From contig CM102288.1 of assembly GCA_046563655.1 (NCBI GenBank), positions 5,828,001 to 5,892,000 on the forward strand: DNA of 64,000 nucleotides. Reading direction: 5' to 3'. The stretch is from Yuukianura sp. NJ FZ-2021. Lineage: Eukaryota. The position numbers were made by a program, and so were the translations under genes. This document shows positions 50,181-61,423 of the stretch, piece after piece. The notes under the pieces are model-generated. The model ran no database searches. It saw only the letters and a list, made by a program, of their open reading frames with translations, and was not told the DNA's origin. The first letter of the stretch is position 1. The number at the start of each line of letters is the position of its first letter.

Positions 50181-50341
50181 AGGAATTTAAAATTAGGGCT
50201 GTAGAATAAATACCAAAGAACTTTTCCAGTAAATATTGTATTTATTTAAATATTTATCTCGCTTTTAGTAAATATTTTTGGCAAGCTTGGTTCCGACTCT
50301 AAACATTTTTTAATTTCGATTTATTTGAACTAGTACTGTGC

Positions 50342-50569
50342 CAAGGTTTCTATAGCAACGGAATAGTTGTTGCTTCATAAGGTTAAGCAATACCTCGGTT
50401 TTTATATTTTTCCTTCCAAAATTGCAAAAATGAAAAAACATCACGGCAAGACATTCACTCTGATTCACTCTGGGTGAAACGTGGGTGAAAAAAAAGTTTG
50501 GAGCGAGATTTTTGGAAAACAAGACTTATTGCTTAACCTTATGAAGCAACCGTTGCTATAGAAACCTTG
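50342..50569. mobile_element. P-element-superfamily-like MITE, 228 bp
   Basis: TIR CAAGGTTTCTATAGCAACGG extending to ~45 bp with one indel; perfect 8-bp TSD TACTGTGC. Confidence 0.85.
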
Positions 50570-50691
50570 TACTGTGCTATGAGAGGTATGCTTCTAGTTG
50601 AAACTAAATAAATTGCATTACGAATTATACATATTATTATATTTTTATTCTTGTTCTTATATTTATTTTAATGTATTAACAGTTTTTAGGG

Positions 50692-51455
50692 TTAGAATTT
50701 CAGCGCCATTAGAATTGCCACGTCATCTTCTTTTGCGTTTGGCATCAACCGTTGACCATCTTTTCCCAAAAAGTCTCTAAAATTTTTACGTGCGAGTTCT
50801 TGGAATCCGTAGTTGATTGCCACTTTCTGCGTAAAGGGACTCGTGAATGTACTTTTGCAAAGTGGAATTCCACGTGACCTCATGAGGTCAAATGACCTCT
50901 TGTAGATTTCTGTCACAAGGCCTTGACCTCTGTACTTTGGACCCACACTGGTGAAAATGAGTTCTGCATACTCCTGGATCCCATATCGCTCGAAGATATT
51001 TACAGATTCACCGACACCATGAACATTTGCAAAAATATCTTCAGATAGTTGCGTTTTCAAATCAAACGGAGCTTCTTTTGGGTCATCCGGTCTCGCAATG
51101 TAGGTCACTCTAAGACCAGCCACCTACAAAAATATACATGACTTGAACTTATTTACATTTTTTAAAATTGCGGAAATTTTTTTTGTTTTTAAATTTACGA
51201 TACCTCGCCAGTGGTTTTATCCAAAACTAAAAAGCTGAGTCTATCGGTTTCGTTTTGCTTCAAAATGAGGCGTGCGAAACTTCCAAAATCGTCTAAATAG
51301 TCTGAAGATTCACGTGCTTTGCTGATTTTGTTGATTGGCTCATCTTGGCAAAAAACGTTGCGCAAATTCTCAAGCACTCTTGCCTCATCTTCTGGCTGTA
51401 TCATTTTAAATACAAAGTTTTTCCATTCCCCCTCTATACAACTTGGTCCTCTCAT
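50692..51455 (-). CDS. Arylalkylamine N-acetyltransferase-like GNAT (insect AANAT family)
   Basis: Exons 51455-51204 and 51123-50692; FCQDEPIN, SVGPKYRGQGLV acetyl-CoA motif, TSPFTQKVAINYGF. Confidence 0.85.
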
Positions 51456-52068
51456 TTTTTCACTTTGCAAAACTCAACTTCTCTAAAAATTTAGTCCGAC
51501 CCTAAAAATTCCAAAAACTAAAGCAAAATTTGAAAACTGAAGTTAAAATTGAACTAAAAACAGTTTTACTACAGCCGTATCAGTTTCAAGTGAAACAGGA
51601 TACTACGTATTTGTCGTGCTGATTTTTGTTTTATATATGCTAAACTTCTAGAACTTTGATAAAAGTATGCAATGCACTCTGCACAACTGGAACAGAACAG
51701 AAGTAAAGCACTGTGTCGACTAAATTTCAAGTGTGAAATGTAAAGTGTTACAAGTGAGTCAAAAGCACGTGAAATTTTTTGTCCTTGAAAAATGACGTTT
51801 GTTCTGTTTCTGCCTTACTCTTTGACCTTGTCCTTGACTAAAAACTGTTCACATTTTGCAGCAATCTCTATCAATTTGTACTCATGAATTGGCTAGAAAC
51901 TGGCACTCAGCGTGACATTTCAAAAGATTACAAAGTCATTTTCATCGTCTGAGTAATTCAAATTGATCAAAAACTTCGAGAAGATAATAAGAAGACAATT
52001 TATTTCTACTGAGAGCTGAATTTAAAGTGCTGTCTGATTGCTTCAGTGACAAAAGTTTCATTTGATTA

Positions 52069-52200
52069 CCGTAAAACGTCTAATAAACGCATGTCACTAA
52101 ACAGCGCCGGATCTCTATTAAAAGCCAGGGGGTTTGACAAAGACTTAGAAATTAAGGCCGGCATCTACTAGACGCTGGGCGTTTATTAGAAGCTTTACGG
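52069..52200. mobile_element. Tc1/mariner-type MITE, 132 bp
   Basis: TA-CCGTAAAACGTCTAATAAACGC...GCGTTTATTAGAAGCTTTACGG-TA. Confidence 0.75.
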
Positions 52201-52268
52201 TACTTTTTTCTAGTTCAAAATAGTTGACTCTGTGAAACTTTTTTTGTGTAATATGTACGCGCCGATTT

Positions 52269-53842
52269 TCAAAACATGAGAATTAGATTGATGGAATTGG
52301 ACAAAACGATTCCAAGGAACGTGATGAGCGTCGTTTTTTCAATGACAAAGTATGGACCTATGCTCACTTGGATTGGTTTCGTGGACATTGCAAATTTTTG
52401 TGAGAGTGATCCGAAAGGCGCCTTCTGCCGGACTTCATCAATCACTTGTGTAGAGATGGCCTTGATCCTGTGACATGGTGGGAACATGCCCTTGACCATG
52501 ACGACCATGGCTGTAGACATGGCGGGAAATCCGAGGTACCCGGGTAGCTTCACTTCTCCATGGAGACGCAGAGTTGCGTAGTTGCTAAGGCAACTGGCCA
52601 TGGCCTGCGTGAAAATGGTGCACGGCAGAACGATTGAGCGGCAACACAGGTTGAACTGCGTATTGATAACTTGGAGCATTCGGTATTCTTTCTGAATGGC
52701 CCGCAAGTCATGCGGCCTGCAACAGCACAAACAACTGATTAAGCTAAGGATAAAGAGGTATCTCCGCGGTACCTTCAGCAATTGTGGTACCCCTAAGTGC
52801 TGCGAGGTACCCCACCAGCGTATTTTTAAGCAAATACGGTACCATGATTTCAAAAAAAAATTAAAAATTGAAAAGGTACGTTATTCCCGGGGTACCGGTA
52901 CGCGCGACGATGGGTACCAAAAGCTACCTACATTTTATACAGAAAACTCTTTTGCGCAAAGAATTGATAAAACAAGGTGTAAATTCGTATATAACCTTGT
53001 TCGGTATTTACTTAGTACCGCGAGTACCGAAGCCGCTACTCACGGTACCGGTTGCGGTATTCCTTACCGCAGAACGAGGAGACAAGCTTCTGTACTAAGG
53101 ATGTACATGATAGTGAAAACTGCATAAAGTAGAAGAGTTGTGCTGACGACATAGGACATGTAGCATTCCCATGCAGCTAGTGGAATCAACTTCCAGCGAT
53201 GAACTACTTTGATTCCCGCCAAACTAAAAAAATATTTAGGATTCTTGTCGAGTGTGCGCAGAGCGACGACGAATTGGACCGCACTGTACATGTACACTGC
53301 GTACGTAAATTTTTTGACTCCACCCGACGACTGCTTCTGCTTTGTCTCAACCATCCTCATTTCATGTCTTGCTGTATAAAAAAGTAGGTATCGTCAAAAC
53401 TTCGGAGCTTTTTTTTTCCAAATGAAACATTTCATTTTTACCAAATTTTGAAATTTCTTCTTTTTGAAATTTCTAGCTCACCTTGAAAATACTCCTCCGT
53501 TCTCATCACCATGTTGAGAAATACGGTGATCTCTGATGAGTAGATGAAGGAGAAAGCAAATGCAATGGCGGTGACTGCCCACGTTACGGCATTGAACAAA
53601 TTTACAAACATTTGTCCGTACTTCATCGTGTTGTTGAGCATGGCTTGTACCAAACGACAAGTCATAAAAACGCTGTTCAATGCAATGTAACTTCCGGTCA
53701 AGATCATCCGAATTTGAAAAAAGCGGGATTTGAATTCCATAGCCTCCCGCTTCTGTTTGTCCCATTTTATAGGAATAACTGCCAGCTTCCGTGCCATTTT
53801 GAGCAGCAGGCACAACGTCTCAATGACTGACTTCGGCAGCAT
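52269..53842 (-). CDS. Gustatory/odorant-receptor-like 7TM chemoreceptor (different subfamily)
   Basis: Exons 53842-53482, 53371-53068, 52716-52269 join in frame; C-terminal STKPIQVSIGPYFVIEKTTLITFLGIVLSNSINLILMF. Confidence 0.75.
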
Positions 53843-54305
53843 TATTCAAAAGTTTCCTCAATTACTAAAAAAATGGTTTTTGATTTTGAAAACTTGAAAA
53901 AGCAATTTATGAAAAGTTGCAAAAAAAAAATTAGGGTTAGGATTCCAGCTTTGTCAAAAACAACCGATTCCAAGCAACGTAGAAGAATTTATGATCGAAA
54001 TATAAAGTTTCAGGCGTACTTCATGTGAAAATGAAACCGTTTTTAAAATTAAAATTAAACTCTAAAAAGTTTTCTTTCCGAAGATCGTTTACTGATTCAT
54101 CTATTTTTTTACACGCGTGGAAATCAAATTCCATTAAAATGACTTTCATTTCCACTTTCTTCTGCTACTGTTGTATCTCTCCTTTCTAATGGAATTTCTA
54201 AACTATAATTAAATCTATCAACCGAGATCTATTTTTAACGGAGTTTCCCGAATTCTACACTTACGATTAATGAGAAGATCAAATGAACTTGACACGCTTA
54301 AAAAA

Positions 54306-54575
54306 ACTGTTGTACACGCTGTATGTAAGGAGCGAATATAAAAGAAGGAGTATGAAACTGAGATGAGATTGATACATTTTAAGCACCAGGTCAAAGGTCA
54401 ATCATACAAAAGTTGTTTACACAATTAGTCAATCACCTTGTAAACTTCACCTGTGTAGACATAGTTTGAAAATTGATCCAAGTGATTTCCGAGTTGTGGT
54501 GATCAACAGACGGCCAGACAGACAGACCGACACGGAGAAAAACATAAAGTAGCTCATAGTTTCGCTACTTAATAA
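54306..54575 (-). mobile_element. DINE-1/HINE-like non-autonomous Helentron
   Basis: Minus strand: AAGTAGCGAAA..GCTACTT inverted repeat followed by a (GTCY)n microsatellite; distal subTIR-like AAGGAGCGAA at ~54327 next to a small hairpin. Confidence 0.6.
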
Positions 54576-55362
54576 TGAACGTTCTCACTTATGTTTTTAA
54601 ATGTAGTGATTGTAATGAGAAGTTAAAATATTTTGTTTGTTTTCAGTACTCCAAAAAAAATACTTTTTTACAAACCACCAATGAACTCGATGATTCCTTG
54701 TTGCTTATTTTGCTTTTCCTTGCTGAAAACACGGAATTTTTTGAAGTGGAATTCATAGAAATCCAACAAGAGTCCCGATGAAAAAAAAAGAAAGTTAAAA
54801 AATGTTTAGGAAAAAATTTCCATACATTTTCCCACGATTCTTGAGATAGCTTTCGTCCGTACATGTCAAGAGAAGACTAACAGTAAAAGTATTCCCGGGT
54901 TTTTGTTATGCTCTAATCACCAAACCTTGTTTGTACCCAAATTGTCGGTTTCCAAACCACGGCTTACATAAGTTTCCCGTGACAAGTTTTGAAATTCAAG
55001 GCTACGTTTCTTGTTTGTAGTAAAAGGTATTTTCGCTTATTTCCATCAAAAGTGACACAAGACTTTGAACTGTAACTCCTTAAATTTTTAACGAGCCTTC
55101 TCGTCTAAAAGTCAGCAAACAAATGAAGTGTTCTGCTAAAATGTTTGTTTTTGCGACCGTAAGTAAACGATTCTTACTTTTAGAGTTAACTAATAAAAAA
55201 AAAACGCTTGATAAGATCTCCTAAAGAAAAAGTCCTTAAAAAAGCATCAAAATCGATTTTGACGTTTTTCTTCATTGAGTAAAGGGAAAAAAAATAATTC
55301 AATCTGTGAAATATGAATGTCAGATCCAACTTTTATTTCAGCATATCAGAGGTTCCCGTATT

Positions 55363-56527
55363 CTAGAGACTCCACCCACCGTCAATCACTACTTCAGTTC
55401 CAGTGACATAGGCAGACTGCAATCAACAGTTAATCAATTACTCATATCATAATATATAACCAATAATATAATATATAATATATTAAAATAAATAAAAATA
55501 GAGTATAGGTTCCTTACCTCGTCACTTGCAAGATACACCACCAGAGCAGCAATTTCTTCTGCCTTTCCCAGTCTGCCCATCTTCTGCCGTCCTACAAATG
55601 CCTTCATGGCTGCTTCGTAGTCTCCAGTTGCTTCTAGTCGTTGGCGCAGACTCGGTGTGTCCACAGTTCCTGGACAAATGGAATTGGACCGAATTCCGTA
55701 CTGCATGAAGTCCGCAGCGATGGACTTGCTTAGGCCGAGTAGAGCCGCTTTGGAGACGGAGTAGGCAAAGCGATTAGGAACTCCGAGTTTATTGGAAGCC
55801 ATGCTGGACATGTGCACCATTGAGCAGCCAGTGCCGCTTGCAATGATTTTGGGAATCAAGGCCTGGCACACGCGAAACGCGCTTCGGACGTTCACGTCCA
55901 TGCTCAACTGCCACGTCTCTTCAGTGCATTCCAGAATGGTTCCATTGGCAACTATCCTGCAATATGAATAACATCTAACTTTTAGCATTATGTTATTCCC
56001 TTACCATTAATGACGTACCTAACTTGACGTCAGCCTGATACAAATTGTGTCATTCTACATTTATCAGTAGCACCTAAGGTGTCAACATGCTCAAGACGTA
56101 ACTTCACTCAAACACTTTGCGTAACTTAAGTTTGTCATGTCATGATGTCAAATTGTTTAGATAAATTCTTTGAACATACCCAGCACAGTTGAAGATGACA
56201 TCAACTCGGTCAATTTCGCCAGCAAGAGCTGCAATGTCTTCTTTACAAGTGACGTCCACTTTTCTCGTCTTTATCACCCCTGTCAACGTCTTCATGTCGT
56301 CCAATTTGGACAAATCCATGTCAGTGGCTATGACCTGAGCACCTTCTCTGATGAAAGCCAAAACTGTAGCTCTGCCAATTCCTTTAGAACAAAAAACAGA
56401 ACGTCACTTTCCATTCAACTAGACAAGCTGACATAACGAAGCAAAAACGATTATGTCTCGTCATACCTTGTCCAGCACCAGTGACGAGAGCAATCTTTCC
56501 TTCCAATCTTCCCTGCCTTTCTGCCAT
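55363..56527 (-). CDS. BDH2: 3-hydroxybutyrate dehydrogenase type 2 (DHRS6)-like SDR
   Basis: LEGKIALVTGAGQG/IG, VIATD, FNCAG, GTILECTEETW, NRFAYSVSKAA, ICPGTVDTPSL, SAYVTGTEVVIDGGWSL*; 4 coding exons. Confidence 0.9.
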
Positions 56528-57714
56528 ATTGGTTGGATTTGGATTGACTCAATTCGTAACAATTGAAACTCTGCTTCTTTGACGCTGTATTCCTTGATGT
56601 TGCGGAAAGTTTACTCCTCGAACTAAGCAATCCCTGCTTGAACACACAAGACAACTGGAATAAGAAAATGAAAAAAGACGTGTTGGGAAGGTTTTTTGTT
56701 AATCACAATCCTACTTTTGATTTAATTTTGTTAGTTTTAAACGGTGTGACAAGAATCCGCTTACCAGGACTGAAGTGATCGACTCCTTCGCACCAACTGA
56801 ACCATATCTTAATTTTTTTTAATCTTAGACTGACAGCTGAGTCTGACCTTTGACCTTCTCCCTCGCCTTTGATAAGCCACAGCCCACAGCCAGAGACTTT
56901 ACTTTCCAAAAGTGAAGCACCAATGATAAACCTCATTCATAAATAAGTACTACACTTAAAAAACGATTTACTTCTATAAATTTAATTACTAATTTACTAA
57001 AATTTAGTCAGTAAACAACAGTCTTCAGTTGAAATTTACAAACATCTGTTCTGTGAGTGACTTTTTACCGCCACTTTCATTGTTTCACTCGCTCATTAGG
57101 TTGAAGTAAACCAACAGACAGTGTATGTAACCACACAATGTTTAATTACAGTTGCGTACATTTCTTCATAAATAAAGTACTAATTACTTAGATCTACTTA
57201 TGTACATGTTATGTAATTGACTTAAGCGTCGGTAATTACTTGAGACAAATTTACATGAAAATTCTGTTCTGCACATTCATTTTACAATAATTTGTTAAAA
57301 TGTATTAATTCAGTTTAATGCTCCTGTTCGACTTCTTCAAAGTTAAAAATTTTTCATTTAATACAAAAAAATTGGAATAAAACTCAATTGAATTGATTCT
57401 GTTGGAAATCCATTGTGAAGGTTGTGGTAAATGAGGACTTTTACGAGTTAGAATTTATGGCACAGATTCTTTATGAGTGATTTGAAAACCAGTTTTAAAT
57501 TTCAATGCTTCCACATTGCCAGAAACCACGTAACAAAGGCGCAACTTTTTCCAATCTTATCTGCAATGCAATTAAGTCACACAGACGCCGATTAACAGGC
57601 CGCATCTGCCTCCAATTCCCTCGTGACCCCTTAATTTTTTTTTGTTAGCAATCTGTAATTTTTATTTAAATTTTTGCAAACTTAATTTTCAATTGCTCGT
57701 TCACTGCGCAGCGC

Positions 57715-57798
57715 GGCTTAGTGGTCTAATGGTATGATACTCGCTTTGGGTGTATGAGAATATGCGAGTGGTTCGGGGTTCGATTCCCCGCTGAGCCC
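57715..57798 (+). tRNA. tRNA-Pro(TGG) with 12-nt intron
   Basis: Acceptor GGCTTAG/CTGAGCC, anticodon stem CTCGC/GCGAG, TGG 57747-57749, intron 57751-57762 at the canonical 37/38 site, T-arm CGGGG TTCGATT CCCCG, T-run downstream; spliced length 72 nt. Confidence 0.9.
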
Positions 57799-58366
57799 TT
57801 AAATTTTTTTTATGAATTATATATGTATTATACAGGTTCGATTCCCGTCTGAGCCCGTAAAACTTCTTTTTGCTCAAAAGAAATCCATTATTATTCTCCT
57901 TTTGTAGTTTTATTTTACCTCTCTAGAACAATTCAAATTGAAACGTTTCTCAACTTTTTTTAATACTTGCTTTGCAATATCTTGACTCGATTAGATTTAC
58001 CATAAAGACGGCAATTTCAGCGCGAATTTTCAAACATTCCCGGCTCTCTCCACGGTAAGGCGTCGTACAAAGCCAAGTAATTTATCTTATTCAACAAAAA
58101 CGCAGTGTTCAAAAAACTTTGCAAAAAATTTAAATGTCACAACTGCTAATGAGAATTACAGTCAAGTCACTTTACACAAAGTGATCCAATGAGGTTAAAT
58201 CGCGTCTCAACTTTAAGTTGGAAATCTCAAATTTAATTCTAATCGGAAAAACTCATACAAATTGAGAATCATGATTTCTCTGCGATTCCACTTTCTCTTT
58301 ACAACGATTGGAATGTTAACAATCTTAAGTAAACTACTCCTTTAATGCATTTTATGTAACTACAAA

Positions 58367-60574
58367 TTATTGTATAGATTCGATGAGCAACACGTTGTCA
58401 TGATACTTGCGGATAAGATTCATGGCATCTTCCATGTCACGAGCTATGTCCATAGGCTGAAAAAGTTTAATAAACATTGCAATAAAGTTCCCAAATAAAG
58501 TTTCGCTACTGTAAACACAAGGTTGCTATAGCAACCAATCTACAACAGGTTGTGCAATAACTCAGGTTTTCCAGAACTTTTACTTCAAACAAATTTCTGC
58601 ACCAATCCCATTTACATTACATGCAAAAAAATTACCATAGAAAGGCAGATTTCCTACTTTCAAACAAAGTTTAAAACTTCGAGTTACTGGACAACCTGGT
58701 TTAGAAAAAGTTTTTTTTTTATATACATTGAGTAAACAACACTTTTTCTTAACAAAATACCTGCTCATCGAGTGTCACAAAAGTGAGTTGTCGGAGTCGT
58801 TTTAGCCGTCCAGTGGCGGAAGCGTACAAAGCAGCGGAAATTGCGACTTTGTCGTCGAATGTCAAATAAATTTCAAGATCCTTCAGTTCTACAACAAACA
58901 AACAACTGATATGTCAACCGGTGTAAGCAAGTAGCAAAAGATGGCTCTGCAATCGTAAACTGAGCTGTTTCCGATATAATTCCCGTCGACGGCCTGGCGG
59001 CATACAGACACACAGACAGACAAGGTCGATGCATAAAGCAGCTTTCGTTACTTAATGATTAATATGCTAAATTAAAACGCATTGCTAAAACTAGACTAAA
59101 CTGTGAGTCAAATGTGTTAAATATTTTTTTTACTTACTATTAATTTCTCCAATTGTATTTTCATCAATCCCAAACATTTTTCCCTCGAAATCTTTGATAC
59201 GCTGAAGGACATACGGTAGCCGTAGCCCTCTGGTAACACTTCTATCATTGCTATAGTACGGTTCGCCAGTTAACACTTCCCAGGATGATTCCCTTAGTTT
59301 TAAACTTTCCAAGTGAGGCAAATTCTTTACCAAGGAGTAAAATGCATAAAAATCTGGATGGAGCGATGATGACAAACGGCTAGGTTTCCGTAAACACACG
59401 CTCAGTTTCTTCAAATTTGGGAACAAGAAATGTGCATTGTTTGAAGTTATGTTTGTGACAGTAGTCAATCGGAGTTGGTGCACAGTGTTCAATGGGTTGG
59501 TGAATAAATGAGGAATGGTGTCGTAGTGTCTATCGTGTTGAAAGAATTTGAGTTTGGACAAACGTAAAGTTTGAATCCATTTCCAGATTGAACTTTTGAG
59601 TTCGAAGTTAAGTTTAGTCTGAAGTGAAATGGCAAGAGCAACAATTCTGGGTTGCGGAGTTAATTTTATGAGTTGATTAAAAACAGTTTCCAAAGTGGGT
59701 GTGACACTTCCCAGCCGCAGTTTGACTTTTGTTGATGTAGAGGGCAGGAGACTTAACAAGGTTGGTAACTTTTGTAGTTCGGTTAGAGGCATAAATTCTT
59801 CATGAGAGTGAGAATACCATCTACCAAAACAGGTATAGTAAAGTAGCGAAAGTACTTTGAGTTGAGGCGAGTGTTTGATGATGTTTTGAAACATGGCTGG
59901 CTCTCCAGCATAATTTCCATAGTCTTCAAGTGAGAATTTGACCTTGAACTTTTTCAAATTTCGAAACGCTTGAGCACAACTTGGTTCATTTGGAGCTGGA
60001 AATTCTACTCCTTCGAAAACCACTAGGTACAAAGATGTTAAATTTGAAGTGCTAAAAAGCAGAGTTTGAATTGATCGTCCATAGTCTGTTTTCCATGAGG
60101 GACGTTTGGTTTTCCAGCTTGGAAATTCCAAATCCCATGTGTTACGAGCGTTCGGCAGAAATCTGATTTCACTAACTTGCGTAGTTTTCAAAAAATGTTG
60201 AATTGCATTTGGAGTAATGTCGTGGTCCAATTCAAAAGCAAACTTGGAAAATGGAACTGCTGATCCTGGAGTAGTGCGCATGAGCCACGAGAAGTATTTC
60301 ATGTCATTGTTGGTTCGGAAATGAATTGGGTTGTGATATTTCCGTAGCACAAGGAACATTGATGGGTCGTCCCTCCAACTACGGCAAACCAGGCGACAAT
60401 TCAGAATGTCGCTACTGGGAAGCAGCGAAAGGATTTGACCAAAAACCTAAGCAAAAAGTAACATATTTGACGAAAATATTTTCAAGTCAAAAATCAATAA
60501 CTTACTTCTGTTGGCAGAGTATCAAAAACATCACTTTGGTGATTTGCGTCTCCTGGAGCCCAAATTTCCTCCAT
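58367..60574 (-). CDS. F-box/LRR-like protein, copy 1 (4 exons)
   Basis: Exons 60574-60506, 60446-59138, 58888-58761, 58456-58367 are phase-consistent; F-box LPTEVFGQILSLLPSSDILNCRLVCRSW; LxxLxL repeats. Confidence 0.85.
58546..58698. mobile_element. Degenerate MITE in F-box copy 1 intron 3
   Basis: CAGGTTGTGCAATAACTC versus GAGTTACTGGACAACCTG inverted repeat; no TSD; a P-MITE-like end CAAGGTTGCTATAGCAAC lies at 58518. Confidence 0.45.
58900..59058 (-). mobile_element. DINE-1/HINE-like element in F-box copy 1 intron 2
   Basis: Same terminal structure as 54306-54575 (AAGTAACGAAAGCTGCTT plus GTCT repeats; AAGTAGCAAAA at 58929); absent from the paralog intron. Confidence 0.6.
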
Positions 60575-61423
60575 TCTAACTTACGCTTCTGTCTACAAGT
60601 GTTAGATTACTTCACAAATTAAAGTAACAAAGTTTTATGAAATTTGCTATTTTTAAAATCGGGAAATGCAATAAACGTCTCTTGAGCGTGGCTTAAGACA
60701 CTTTACTTTGAATTCCTCGTTTTTTAGATGTAAAACTTCTGTTCTTTTCCACTTTGCCGTAGGGCAAAACTAGAATACAAAACCCCAAACACTAAAAATA
60801 AATCTCCCTAAATTTTGCTATTGGTATCCATCACGGACCTTCGTTTTCTCGTGGTACTTTACAGTAACTCTGTTTTGAGTTGTAAACTTGAATTCAGAAA
60901 TTGTCGTCGTTTCGTTTTTTTTTTTTTGCTAAAAATGGAAACGAAACGGTTTGCCGCAACATTGAAATCAAAACGGAAACTAAATTTCAAAACTTTGTTC
61001 CTGCTTTCAAAGATCAACGTCTTGTCATTCCAAACTTGTCAAAATTGTTAGAATGGAAATGGACTGTAAATTGGAAAGTTTGATTTTAAGTTGCTTTCTA
61101 GAACAATTGAAATGAGTTTGTGTATAATTCTTAAATCTTTAAAATCTACTTTCAAAAATTGTCCAAATTGAAAATGTTTTAAATTTTTTAAAATCTCCTA
61201 TGAAATTAGCTTGAATCCTCTGGTTTACAATAAAAACGTAAATTTCAGTGGGATTTTTCAAACATTTCCGATTATATCCATGGTACGGCGCCACTGTATA
61301 CAAATTGAAGTTGAATTAAAATTTAGGATCTTATTTCAGTGCATTTTTTTAAAACTACAACTGGAATTCTGTGAAAAGTTAATCATCTTATAATTAAACA
61401 ACTCTTTGTTTCATTTTATGTAA

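Noticed and set aside
58761..58888. GC-rich hairpin-like block shared with 62314-62432 as a transposon end
   Set aside because: It is an in-frame exon of the F-box genes with proper splice sites.
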